A DNA stretch of 64,000 nucleotides, taken from the IMG/VR virus record IMGVR_UViG_3300030061_001589. One strand, written 5' to 3'. Under the pieces are notes generated by a model. It had not been told where the DNA came from, made no database searches, and saw nothing but the letters and a program-made list of their open reading frames with translations. Each line of letters opens with the position of its first letter. Position 1 is the stretch's first letter. The DNA comes from an uncultured virus (IMG/VR IMGVR_UViG_3300030061_001589). Taxonomy: Duplodnaviria > Heunggongvirae > Uroviricota > Caudoviricetes. This document shows, piece by piece, positions 28,256-38,575 of the stretch. The position numbers were made by a program, and so were the translations under genes.

Positions 28256-28564
28256 ATGTCTAACGCAAGCGATATAAGAGAATTACAAGAGAAACAAGAA
28301 CAATTGACTAAAGGTGTAGTAAATGCCTTTGAACAAGTGAGTTTTGATTATGCAAAACTACAAACAATGTTTTTTGCATTACTACAAGATTTAGGTAAAA
28401 CAGATACTTTGTCCTGTTCAGAATGTAATGAAGAAGTGATGAGGCCGTTATTGTCTAAATTACCTGTAGAAAATACCTGCCCTATGTGTGGTGGTGATTT
28501 AATCAATGACACTTCACAAACTACTGTTGATGATTGGGATAACGGAACAACAGAAGAAGAGTGA
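28256..28564 (+). CDS. Coiled-coil plus zinc-ribbon protein with PIP-like tail
   Basis: CSEC...CPMC; QTTVDDW. Confidence 0.7.
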   Translation: MSNASDIRELQEKQEQLTKGVVNAFEQVSFDYAKLQTMFFALLQDLGKTDTLSCSECNEEVMRPLLSKLPVENTCPMCGGDLINDTSQTTVDDWDNGTTEEE

Positions 28565-28568
28565 TTAT

Positions 28569-29435
28569 ATGAAGGCTACACAAGAGCAAATCAGTAATTC
28601 GTCTTACCGACCTACAGAAAAAAAGTGGTTAAGGATAAGTAAGTCATCTTATATGACATACAATATGTGTCCTAGACAATTTTATTGGCGGTATATAGCA
28701 GATATACCTAGTCCACCACCTAGTGAAGCCGCCATTCGTGGTGGTAAAATACACAAGGTAATGGAGATAGGTCTACTAGAAGGGTCAGATAAAATAATGA
28801 GTGCCGCCATAGAAGAAGGTGTGGCTGATGACGTAGGGGTAGATAGCCTCAATATGTTATTACATCAGATAGCACATGACATGGGCGGCTTTGACATAGT
28901 AGAAGCGGAAATTAAGCACCAAGTAGCAGAAGAATACAACGGCTACAATATTATTTGGGTTGGTATGATTGACGGTGTTATTAGACACCCCGATGGTGGT
29001 TTAATTCTCATGGAATTGAAAACAGGTAAAATGAATATGGGTAAACTAGGTAGGACTAGAAAGGAATTAGTCTACTATTCTAGGCTTTTAAGTAAACTAG
29101 GGTACGATGAACCCATAACACATTTTATGTATATCTCTCCCGATTATGAAATACCGGAAGATGGTAATGATAAATTATTATTAGAAGGAAACAAAAGGGG
29201 TAAGAGTTTGTGGTTGGGTGCAGAACGTGGAATCGCTATTCTTGAGAAGATAAACAAGCGAAGTATAAATGCTTTCTCGGAATCATTAAGTAGCACTATC
29301 GAGTCGCTAGTAATCCAACAGTACCCTATGAATTGGAATGACTATTTTTGCCCTTTATGGTGTGAGTTTAACATGAATTGTGAGTCCGAGATGACAGGGT
29401 ACGTTGATAACGGATTAGGTGAATGGAATGAGTAG
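28569..29435 (+). CDS. Cas4-like PD-(D/E)XK nuclease (Fe-S staple cysteines)
   Basis: CPRQF, G..IH, E, GMID, ELKTG, CPLWC...C. Confidence 0.88.
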   Translation: MKATQEQISNSSYRPTEKKWLRISKSSYMTYNMCPRQFYWRYIADIPSPPPSEAAIRGGKIHKVMEIGLLEGSDKIMSAAIEEGVADDVGVDSLNMLLHQIAHDMGGFDIVEAEIKHQVAEEYNGYNIIWVGMIDGVIRHPDGGLILMELKTGKMNMGKLGRTRKELVYYSRLLSKLGYDEPITHFMYISPDYEIPEDGNDKLLLEGNKRGKSLWLGAERGIAILEKINKRSINAFSESLSSTIESLVIQQYPMNWNDYFCPLWCEFNMNCESEMTGYVDNGLGEWNE

Positions 29436-29583
29436 AATTAATGTATGTGCGGCTTGCGGGACTAGCGAATCTTGGGTAGACCAAGATATTATGTGGAGAG
29501 TAATGGGTGAAGAAGGGGCAGACCCCGAAGAGATTACCGTAATTACTTGTAAATGTGGTAATAAACAAAAGAAAGAAGAGTGA
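29428..29583 (+). CDS. Small zinc-ribbon protein, 51 aa (not in ORF track)
   Basis: CAACG...CKCG; AGGTGA RBS. Confidence 0.65.
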   Translation: MSRINVCAACGTSESWVDQDIMWRVMGEEGADPEEITVITCKCGNKQKKEE

Positions 29584-29587
29584 TTTT

Positions 29588-30601
29588 ATGCTTAGTTTTC
29601 CTAGAGAGATTGGTCTTAGACGTAAGATTTGTAAATCTCAAGAGGAATATGATATTTACGTTAAAAGTATTAATGGTAAATCTTCTTGTTATACATCTTT
29701 GTATAGTTTTCAACAAATGCACCCGAATATGTCTTGGAAAGTAGACCCCGAAACGGTCATCATGGATAGAGCGTGGTGGGATTTTGATATTGTAGAGGGT
29801 GGTACTCTCGATGATGTAAAAAGAGATGTAGCAGTTTTACTAAATAGACTTAAGGGAGATGTAAGGTTAGTCTTTACAGGTAGAGGATTTCATATCCATC
29901 AGATGTTCGATAAAAATGTCATTGGTACTACCATAGCCAAGCACGTTGATAGGTACGAGAGAGAGGTCGCTAAGGGACTAAAAACACTAGATGGTGTAGG
30001 TCATCCCCTTAAACTTACACGAATACCGGACACATATAACACGACAAGAAAAAAGTGGGCGGTCAATGTAGATTTAGATGCTTTCAAAGCAGACCCTTTA
30101 GGGTATAAGATACCGGAAAGACCTAGCCCATCTCTTAAAATCAATGACCCTTTTAAGGGAAAAGAAAAACAATCAAACTTTAGTATCATAAAATGGATTG
30201 CTAATAATCCTTTACAGGTAGAATACCTACCTATTACGGGTAGTTTTGACGGAAATATAACTTCTGCTAGTCAAATACCAATACCACCATGTATAGACAA
30301 TGCTATGAGGCATGAGAATCCTAGACATGAGGTAAGAATAGCGTTGGCTCAACATTTGTATGAGAATCTTAGGTGGTTTGCACACCCTAGTACATTAACG
30401 GTAAAACAAAAAAGTGATATTACCGAAGAAATTATAGATTTTATATCCACATTAGGTTGGAGAGACTTCAACGAGTACACAAGTAGAAAGCACGTTAGAA
30501 GTTTACTTAACTATGAGAGAACACCCTCATGTTCGTGGCTACAAACAAGAGGATTATGCGAAGCGTCTTGTTGGAGAGATGACGGTACAAGGAGAAAATA
30601 A
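29588..30601 (+). CDS. Archaeo-eukaryotic primase with fused PriL-like C-terminal domain
   Basis: WWDFD, FTGRGFH, D...RIPDT.N; then PPCI, H..R, PSC..L...GLC...C. Confidence 0.88.
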   Translation: MLSFPREIGLRRKICKSQEEYDIYVKSINGKSSCYTSLYSFQQMHPNMSWKVDPETVIMDRAWWDFDIVEGGTLDDVKRDVAVLLNRLKGDVRLVFTGRGFHIHQMFDKNVIGTTIAKHVDRYEREVAKGLKTLDGVGHPLKLTRIPDTYNTTRKKWAVNVDLDAFKADPLGYKIPERPSPSLKINDPFKGKEKQSNFSIIKWIANNPLQVEYLPITGSFDGNITSASQIPIPPCIDNAMRHENPRHEVRIALAQHLYENLRWFAHPSTLTVKQKSDITEEIIDFISTLGWRDFNEYTSRKHVRSLLNYERTPSCSWLQTRGLCEASCWRDDGTRRK

Positions 30602-30602
30602 T

Positions 30603-30749
30603 ATGATGCGAACACCCAAACACTCAAGAGTATTTTTTGAATTAGTAAATGAAGAATGTAATTTCTGTAAAAGCAGATTAGGTTTCCTTTACCCTAAAAA
30701 TATGCCGCCTGTATGTATGAATTGTAGTATGGAAAAACAATCCTCTTAA
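30603..30749 (+). CDS. Small zinc-ribbon protein
   Basis: CNFC...CMNC; AGGAG RBS. Confidence 0.6.
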   Translation: MMRTPKHSRVFFELVNEECNFCKSRLGFLYPKNMPPVCMNCSMEKQSS

Positions 30750-30774
30750 ATAGAGTAATAATACTGTACCAATT

Positions 30775-31479
30775 GTGCTTCTAATAGATGACCGAGAAAA
30801 CCAAAAAGTAATTAATAAGTTGTTAATGAGATTGGGTGAAGAAAATACCCAAGTTTTACGGATGGCTTCTTCCGATTATAGAATAGGTTCATGGGGAATT
30901 GAGGCAAAAGAAATAAATGATTTGTACCGTAGTATCTTAGGTCTAGGTAGAAATGGTAGAACAATAGTACATCAATTAAGAGAATTACAAGAAGATTTTG
31001 ATAACCCTATGTTAGTAGTCTACGGTACTAAACTAAAACCATACGTTCATGGTGCTAGGCCGTCAGCAAAACAGATAGCCATAGAAATGTCTAGGATGAA
31101 AAAGGTAAATCAGCAATTCAAAATGACATTTTATCAAAGATTTCCTAAAATTAAATACATGGAATTGACTACTATGGATGATTTTGTTGAATGGTTGGTA
31201 ATAAATCATACACAAACACAAGTAAAAGAGGCTACGGGTCTTAATGTTATGGAAAAAGAAATAAGAAATGCTGCTGATATGAGTAATTTGGACCCAAGAG
31301 TAGCAGTTTTATGTTCCCTTAAAAATATCTCCGTACAAAACGCAGAAGATTTACTAAAAGAGTTTGGTAGTATTCCTAAATTACTTATGAGTAAAAATAC
31401 GCAGAAATCTTTGATGGAAGTTAGAGGTATAGGTAGATACAAAGCACAAACTGTACTAAAACTTAGAGATAATTACTGA
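30775..31479 (+). CDS. XPF/ERCC4 structure-specific nuclease with HhH2 domain
   Basis: LIDDRE, SDY, IEAK...DL..S, QL; FGS and GIG HhH motifs. Confidence 0.88.
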   Translation: MLLIDDRENQKVINKLLMRLGEENTQVLRMASSDYRIGSWGIEAKEINDLYRSILGLGRNGRTIVHQLRELQEDFDNPMLVVYGTKLKPYVHGARPSAKQIAIEMSRMKKVNQQFKMTFYQRFPKIKYMELTTMDDFVEWLVINHTQTQVKEATGLNVMEKEIRNAADMSNLDPRVAVLCSLKNISVQNAEDLLKEFGSIPKLLMSKNTQKSLMEVRGIGRYKAQTVLKLRDNY

Positions 31480-34400
31480 ATCTCAAACTTATTAGATGTA
31501 CCACTAACAGGTGCAGATGCTCTATTTAGTTTTACCTTAATACTTTTTAGTAGAACACTATTTCTATCCGAGTTATCATCACCTGTTGCTGCCTTTCTTG
31601 TTATTTTAACGGTTATTTTATTACCTGCCTTTACACCACCCAAAGCATTCAAGGGTATCAACTCTACTATTTTTTCTTGTGAGTTTGTTTGTACACGAAT
31701 AGTATTAGTGATTGTCTCTCCTGTTTCTTCAATAACTGCGGTTGTATAAAGAATAGCAGTTTTAGTAGCAGATGCACCTATACCATGATTTACTTTTGCC
31801 GTAATTAAAACATTATTATTAACTACATCATCGGGGATTATAAACTCGGTTTGTAAAGTAGACTCAAAGGTAGTAGTCGTAGCAGTTTCGTTTAGTATAT
31901 CTACTCTACCCTTACCTGCTAGTATATACCCATCAGAAGTTATAGACGCATTCCCACTCGCAGTATGTATATCTACATCCATACCTTCTATTCCCTTAAA
32001 CAACGTAGGTACTTTAGGTGGTTTTTGTTGGCCTAAGATACTAAACTTAGAATTATGGCTTAGATTATCGTTCATCAAATGCATTTTACCATTCAATTTA
32101 CGGTAAGTAGTATTACTAAGTTGTCCTATCCCTACCGGACCACTTGAAGTAGTAATTATATCTCCGTTTGCATTGTCGGATTGAGTAAGACCAAACTCGG
32201 ATGTAGTATCTGCTTCCACATTTACTTGTTCGCTAGAAGTACTACCTACGGGTATTATATATGTTGTCGGGGTTGTGATAGGTTCACTATCATTAGTCAT
32301 AGTACTACTAACTTGTCTTGTTTTACCTTGATTTGGGAACAAGAATCCTAAAATACCACCACTAGATAAAGACTCATCTCTTTCTAATTCAAGTTGTATC
32401 TCTTCTTTGCTACCCGATACTACATTCCAATTTATACTTTTTATAGTTAGTGTTTCTGCGGAAGATAACCCTATACCTGCATCTGTAAAACTTAGATATG
32501 TAGCAGGAGTATAAGATAAATCATTAGTAATATGTATTCTAGGTGCGTACCACTCACTTCTAGCAGTAGTAAACCCACCATACATTTCTGAATATTCTCT
32601 ACCACCAAGCGGGAATATACTATCTGTGTTAAATCCACTACTGCTTAAATTAACTCCGTATATACTATTAGCATTCTTTAAAATATTAGCACCTGTTGGG
32701 TCGCCACATCTATGACGTAATAAAGCACGACAATATTCTGCGTTAAAACTAACTATAATTTTAGCGTTAGATTGAGTACTATATTGTGCAGGTATAGGCA
32801 ATTCATAAAAACCACTATCTTTTACATCTACACTTGTAATTTGATTTGCGGTTGCATCTTTTGTAATTAAATCTTCAAAAGTATAATCAGCACAATAAAT
32901 ACTAAATTGACAATCATCAATTGTTGCACCTGCTGTTTGGCTAACTTTTAAGGCAACATAAACTCTAAGGTGTTCTTTAGTAGCCTCACTTCTATGCGGA
33001 GTAAAATTAGGTATATGTACTATCTGCATAGCATAACTTAAAGACCTAGAGCCGTACCAATAATAATTATCAGCCCAAGCCACATCAGCAGAAGTATGTG
33101 TAAAAGATGATTTACCGTGTCGGTGGTACAAATCAGTAGAGGTTTTCATATTTCCATCTAATCCGTTAGTCATACCGGAAAAGGGTACTCCACCCGTACC
33201 TAAAATAGTCCAAGAATTACCCCTATTTGTATCAGTAGCGTCATAATCACCATATCCTTGTAAGGCTAATTGTGGGTCGGCTATGTAGCCGTATCTACCA
33301 CTCTCTATCATTTTATTATTATGATTATTTTCTAAAATAGGCTTAACACTAATTGACAACCTAGAGTTTTTAACTTGATTATATTTTTGTTTTGCTACTT
33401 GTCTTGCCTCTAAACTGTTAGTTATTTTTGGGTATTCTAATACTGTCCATCTAGTAGTATCTGTTAAAGATGTGTTAGGAAAATCTACAAAAGAATATCC
33501 TTTGTTATAATACACTCTAACATTTGTTATTTGACCTGCTACATCCGTATCTAAATCAGATATAGTCACGTTTTCTCTTGTAAAAATTAAACCACTATTA
33601 TATTTAGGTCTATATTCAAATCTATTGTCTCTACCTATCAAGTAAGAAAAGGTTGTTTTAAGCCCGTTGTTTACACCGAAGCCACTCTTACCCCTAGCAT
33701 CCTCTACAGTACTTAGAATCGTCTTAGTACGGCTATCTACGATACTTCCGTAGCCATCACTACTAGAAGTACTGTTATAGGTAGTCATAAGAGAAGTAAT
33801 AGGTACATTATTTATGTCAAACATAGTACCCAATCTTGTTTTAGGTGTCCATGATTTCATAATCGCTGCATTCCACAACAACCTAAACTTATCGCTGTCA
33901 TAAAAACTACCACTATTTTTACTTTGTACATCCCCTTCAACGTGCATTAATAACCTAAGCATAAATTGACTGCTTACTGTGTTGTGTACAACAACCAAAT
34001 CAGCCTGTGGGTTATCTCCTGTTATTCTTTGGCTGACATTTACACCTATACCTTCCATATTACCTTTTAGTAGTGGTGTGTACAAAGCCCATATTTCATT
34101 TTCTACGCCTGTTGAAGAAGTTTCTATTGAAGAAGTAATATGGTCGGCAGTTGTTAAAAACGCATTAGCCAATTGTACAGGCAAAGTATAATCATCAGTA
34201 TCGCTTTGAGTAGCAGACCATGTACCGGAAACTACTATTTGAGTTTCACTTAAAACTGCTAATACATTATGCCTAGTTTCTTTTGTCGTATTTTTAATAA
34301 CCATACCACCTTTAACACCTTTTGTTTGAAAGGTTTCTCCTATTTTTGTTATTACTGTGTTAGTAGGATTTGTCGTAGTAATGTTTTGACTTCTATCGTA

Positions 34401-37400
34401 GGATGTTATTGTTATACCTGTACCTGTTATTGCTGTATCTAATTTATATTTCCAAGCAAAATAATACTCTACCGTGTCATCACTATCGGCAATATCTACT
34501 ACTATAAGACCTGCGCCTGTATAATTAAAATTAGCCGTAGATTCAACAGGTATTCCCATATCACCCATTATCAAACCTTCGTCTGCTGTTGTCAAATCCG
34601 ATATTAACCTTTGGTTATTAGGGTGTGGAGAAATAGGTGCGGCTGTATTTTTATATGAAGATATTGCTTCCGCATAATAATTATCTATTAGTGCAGGGAA
34701 TCCCTCAACCGTTGCTACATAATCCCCTAAGTCAGTATTTCTTCCTATCACTTGGTCTGATGCACCTTTGTTTGCTAAGGTGTTTAGATTGAAAAACCTA
34801 GCCGAATCTATAACTATAAATGCACCTGCTTTATCTTCCCAATCTCGGTATAGGCTTAAATCTATTTCCGAGGCTGCTGCGGGGGCTATCATAACATTAC
34901 CTATTACTGCGTTGGTATTTGTACCTGCACTAACACCTTTTAAGGTAATAGTACTTGTACCACTAATAGATGCTATTTCATAAGTACCATCATAATGTAG
35001 ACTATTATATATTGTAGCGTAAGAACCTACTGTATAATTTGTAGTTGTCGGCCCAAAAGTCAATGTAGTATTAGAAGTAGTTAAAAACGCAGGAACACTT
35101 AATTCAAAAGTAGTTGCATTAGTTATACTAAATACTGTTGCACCACTAGGTATTCCTAAACCGGAAACAGACATACCTACAACAATAGAAGCGGTACTAT
35201 TCATTGTAATAGTAGCGTCTGTATTAGTAGTATCACAAGTAGCATCGGTTAAACCACTAACTACTAATTGATTAGCACCGTATGTAATATTTACCGGATT
35301 GCCTAAAGAATAATCAGGTGTCTTAGAAAATGCTGCACCACTAACAGGTTCGTTTGTAGCATCCACATTCCATATATCTATATCTTCTCCTATTTTTAAG
35401 TTAGCAAACTTATCTATATTTCCGTCTGTATCTGTTTGGTCTACATAATAAAGAGAAACTTCATAGTTATCTGTTGTTGGATATTGTAAGCCAAAATCTG
35501 TTTTTCTTGTAGACCCGTCTGCATCTGCTCTACCGTTATTTCTCATATCAGACCAAAGAAGCCAAAGATGTTTATAGTCATTAGAAACATCTAAAATTGA
35601 TACTTTACCTGTAGATGCACTATAACCCTTTGTAATATATTTACAGCCTACAAGGTAGTAATTACCACCACTACTGACAAGACCTGTATATACAAATATA
35701 GTACTTCCTAGACTGTTGCTTAATTGTGCTATGCCGCTTTTATAATTAGTAATTAGATTATCATATAGGGATTGTGGTATTTGTACTTTATTGTCTCCTG
35801 TACTTACATTTGCGGAAACATTAACTTTAAACAAAGCAGTACGATTTATTTTACCAAAATGATATTGAAACCAAAGACTCTTAGGCAAATCTCGCATCCA
35901 TCTAGCGTGTATTGGTTTGTATTTTACTTTATCGAAATTACCTGCTGTGGTCGCTATGGTACAAGAATCTACAGAAATACTTTTTCTATCATTACCATCT
36001 CTTAATCCATCTTTATCGGTATAAGCCTTACCCGATGCTACAAACTCAATACCGTTGTAATCCGTTGATGTAGTAACGGCCCACAAGAACGGATTAGTTA
36101 TTGTGCCTGTATCGTAATAATTCATAATTTTTTTAACACCTATAACCGTGTGTTTACCATCATAACTTGTATTAGCAGAAAGTCCTACTGTCACATCACT
36201 CACACAAAACTCATCGTTTATAAGTAAAATAGGGTCAGCATCAAAGAAAAATGTAACATATTCTGATATAGCCTCATCTGAACTAGAATTGGGTAGTGCG
36301 TCATATCCATTTTCAGCAATACGCCATGCAAGCCAAGCAGAACTAAACGCTGATGTACCTACTTCTAAACCAATCCTAGCCAATATTGATTCGTTATTTG
36401 TCTCCCCTAAATATTTACCTGCATATACTATTTTAGCAGCAGGTGTGACATAAGGTACATCAGTTGCACTAAAAGTAGCAGAAAGGCTTGTGACAGAATC
36501 TACAGTATAAGACCCATTAGTAGCCGCATTATTAGAACCCCTAATGACAGCAGTAGAACCTTGAGTAATACCATGACCTACTAATAAGTTTATAACTGTT
36601 TTACCATTAGTATCTTGACTAAACCCTTGAGAAAATACACCTTCGTATTGTGCTTCTAAATCGTTAGGACCAAAAACTGTATCTTCATTGTTGTACATTT
36701 GTATAGGGTGGCCCGAACCTAGTTGTGTTCTTTGGTTATTTACTTCTAAATATGAATCATCTACATCAAACCCTACTTTATTACTAAGTGTTTTTAAGGG
36801 TAAAGTACCTAGATTCATAATTTGTCTATATCCTTGTGCATCATATAACCAATATTGCGGTGTTTCTGTATTATTACTAAGGCTTTTCTGTCCTACTTCC
36901 CATAGTGGTATTTGTCTATCTAATAAATTAAGATTGTCATTAGCGTTTAATGTTATTGTTCTACCGTCATTATTTCTTTGTTTGATAGACATTTTATCTA
37001 CTATGCCTCTCCATACCGGCCTATCTATTCTTGGTGTTTGACTAGCAAAAACTAATAAAGACCAATCAACGGGGGTATCACCACTAAATATATTTTTTAA
37101 ATTATGTAAATAATCTTGGGAACGCATACCAACATTAAGATTCGCTGCACCGCCACCATCTAGTTGTTTTTGTGGGTCATCAGCAATAACAATTTTACAA
37201 TTAGATACACCGTTTACCGGCATAGAAATATTCATATTTTGTATGGGTGCATCATAACTTTTGTAGTTTTTAGCGTCTGTTAAATATCTAACAAGACCTA
37301 CTCTATCAACCATTAATGTAGTACTACTTGAGGGGTTAGCACTTGTTGGTGCTGCCTCTATTTGATAACCGTATAAATCTCCCGCACTAGGACTACCCAC

Positions 37401-38567
37401 CATATTTTGATTAGAAGCAATTAATGTTCCGTTAATATAAACATCAAAAGTACCTGCGCCACTATTACCACTATAATTTAAGACAAAATCTACATCTAAC
37501 CACGAATCATCGTTAAATATACTTTTTTTTGTAGTACTTTCAAATTGTAAACCTAGTAAATCATAACCTAAAGAAGCACTAGACAAATCAATAGTATAAG
37601 TAATTGCGGGTGTACCACTAAATCCTAAAGACGAAGTTATACCTTTTTGTGAAGCAGGATAACCTATTTTAAATCTTAAATTAGTCGGTACTTTTCCGTT
37701 TTCAACTACGCCTGTTCCCCCTGTTGTACCATTAAATGCTCTTACTGCTACTCTTGCGGTAAAAATATCTCCGTCTAATAGACTGTTCAAGGGACCATCA
37801 TAAACTAATTGTGGTTTACTACTACTATCATTATAAGCCGTTCTCCAAGTTTGTACACATAAAAACGGTTGTCCCGATGGTGATGAAACAGGCGCAAACA
37901 AATTGACAGGAGTAGTAGTTAAAGCATTAAAAGACAATGTTTCTCCCATCCAAACACCCGCTAAATGCGCTCTTTGCATAAAATCTCCCGTAGCATCTAT
38001 TTTTCCCGCAATTTTATTAGCGTAATTAGCCGCACCAATAGCATTAAAATATGATTTCATATTACTTCTACCAAAAGTAGCATCGTTATCTCCTGTAGGT
38101 ACTAAATATCTACCTTCTGTATCATTACCGTTTGTAAATAACAACCAATCAGTAGCATTACTACCTGCTATTTCCACATTATTAAAAGCATATCTATTAG
38201 CAATATGCCCATCGGGATATTGTAGTTGCGCTCTACCTTCCCATTTTTCCGCATTTTGTCTTGTGTTGTCGTAAGATAGCCATTCAAACGAACCTTTATT
38301 TTTAAGATACTGATTATCACTATCTACATTATCAACGTGTGTAGAGCCTATTAAGTTTCTATCAGCAATACTAAATCTATATCTTTGATTTAGAGTAGCC
38401 TCTCCATTCATAGGATTTCCAAAATGCGTAAGTGTACTTTCATAAACACCTGTAGAATATGTATTACTAGGTGTGTTAAAATCATCCGAGATAGCCCTAG
38501 CACCCATAAAGTCATCGTAATATCCGGCGAGCCAAATATTATACATAGCCGTGACGTGTCTTACCAT
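31473..38567 (-). CDS. Giant tail-tip/baseplate-hub-like virion protein, 2364 aa
   Basis: Directly downstream of tape measure; beta-rich; hub-like WRGIVDK...ITLNANDNL..LDR and ITNVRV segments. Confidence 0.7.
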   Translation of the reverse strand: MVRHVTAMYNIWLAGYYDDFMGARAISDDFNTPSNTYSTGVYESTLTHFGNPMNGEATLNQRYRFSIADRNLIGSTHVDNVDSDNQYLKNKGSFEWLSYDNTRQNAEKWEGRAQLQYPDGHIANRYAFNNVEIAGSNATDWLLFTNGNDTEGRYLVPTGDNDATFGRSNMKSYFNAIGAANYANKIAGKIDATGDFMQRAHLAGVWMGETLSFNALTTTPVNLFAPVSSPSGQPFLCVQTWRTAYNDSSSKPQLVYDGPLNSLLDGDIFTARVAVRAFNGTTGGTGVVENGKVPTNLRFKIGYPASQKGITSSLGFSGTPAITYTIDLSSASLGYDLLGLQFESTTKKSIFNDDSWLDVDFVLNYSGNSGAGTFDVYINGTLIASNQNMVGSPSAGDLYGYQIEAAPTSANPSSSTTLMVDRVGLVRYLTDAKNYKSYDAPIQNMNISMPVNGVSNCKIVIADDPQKQLDGGGAANLNVGMRSQDYLHNLKNIFSGDTPVDWSLLVFASQTPRIDRPVWRGIVDKMSIKQRNNDGRTITLNANDNLNLLDRQIPLWEVGQKSLSNNTETPQYWLYDAQGYRQIMNLGTLPLKTLSNKVGFDVDDSYLEVNNQRTQLGSGHPIQMYNNEDTVFGPNDLEAQYEGVFSQGFSQDTNGKTVINLLVGHGITQGSTAVIRGSNNAATNGSYTVDSVTSLSATFSATDVPYVTPAAKIVYAGKYLGETNNESILARIGLEVGTSAFSSAWLAWRIAENGYDALPNSSSDEAISEYVTFFFDADPILLINDEFCVSDVTVGLSANTSYDGKHTVIGVKKIMNYYDTGTITNPFLWAVTTSTDYNGIEFVASGKAYTDKDGLRDGNDRKSISVDSCTIATTAGNFDKVKYKPIHARWMRDLPKSLWFQYHFGKINRTALFKVNVSANVSTGDNKVQIPQSLYDNLITNYKSGIAQLSNSLGSTIFVYTGLVSSGGNYYLVGCKYITKGYSASTGKVSILDVSNDYKHLWLLWSDMRNNGRADADGSTRKTDFGLQYPTTDNYEVSLYYVDQTDTDGNIDKFANLKIGEDIDIWNVDATNEPVSGAAFSKTPDYSLGNPVNITYGANQLVVSGLTDATCDTTNTDATITMNSTASIVVGMSVSGLGIPSGATVFSITNATTFELSVPAFLTTSNTTLTFGPTTTNYTVGSYATIYNSLHYDGTYEIASISGTSTITLKGVSAGTNTNAVIGNVMIAPAAASEIDLSLYRDWEDKAGAFIVIDSARFFNLNTLANKGASDQVIGRNTDLGDYVATVEGFPALIDNYYAEAISSYKNTAAPISPHPNNQRLISDLTTADEGLIMGDMGIPVESTANFNYTGAGLIVVDIADSDDTVEYYFAWKYKLDTAITGTGITITSYDRSQNITTTNPTNTVITKIGETFQTKGVKGGMVIKNTTKETRHNVLAVLSETQIVVSGTWSATQSDTDDYTLPVQLANAFLTTADHITSSIETSSTGVENEIWALYTPLLKGNMEGIGVNVSQRITGDNPQADLVVVHNTVSSQFMLRLLMHVEGDVQSKNSGSFYDSDKFRLLWNAAIMKSWTPKTRLGTMFDINNVPITSLMTTYNSTSSSDGYGSIVDSRTKTILSTVEDARGKSGFGVNNGLKTTFSYLIGRDNRFEYRPKYNSGLIFTRENVTISDLDTDVAGQITNVRVYYNKGYSFVDFPNTSLTDTTRWTVLEYPKITNSLEARQVAKQKYNQVKNSRLSISVKPILENNHNNKMIESGRYGYIADPQLALQGYGDYDATDTNRGNSWTILGTGGVPFSGMTNGLDGNMKTSTDLYHRHGKSSFTHTSADVAWADNYYWYGSRSLSYAMQIVHIPNFTPHRSEATKEHLRVYVALKVSQTAGATIDDCQFSIYCADYTFEDLITKDATANQITSVDVKDSGFYELPIPAQYSTQSNAKIIVSFNAEYCRALLRHRCGDPTGANILKNANSIYGVNLSSSGFNTDSIFPLGGREYSEMYGGFTTARSEWYAPRIHITNDLSYTPATYLSFTDAGIGLSSAETLTIKSINWNVVSGSKEEIQLELERDESLSSGGILGFLFPNQGKTRQVSSTMTNDSEPITTPTTYIIPVGSTSSEQVNVEADTTSEFGLTQSDNANGDIITTSSGPVGIGQLSNTTYRKLNGKMHLMNDNLSHNSKFSILGQQKPPKVPTLFKGIEGMDVDIHTASGNASITSDGYILAGKGRVDILNETATTTTFESTLQTEFIIPDDVVNNNVLITAKVNHGIGASATKTAILYTTAVIEETGETITNTIRVQTNSQEKIVELIPLNALGGVKAGNKITVKITRKAATGDDNSDRNSVLLKSIKVKLNRASAPVSGTSNKFEIQ

Positions 38568-38575
38568 TAAATCAC

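Larger units (their letters stand above)
19453..28258 (+). promoter_or_regulatory. Class C promoter family TATA(A/T)CCGTA ahead of replication genes (5 dispersed copies)
   Basis: Copies at 19453, 20701, 23677, 25950 and 28225. Confidence 0.8.

Noticed and set aside
28569..29435. CRISPR-Cas system based on the Cas4-like gene
   Set aside because: No cas1/cas2 or array; solo Cas4-like nucleases are common in archaeal virus replication blocks.
3865..31442. Minus-strand ORFs within the early and replication region
   Set aside because: They overlap well-supported + strand genes and lack RBS or promoter signals.
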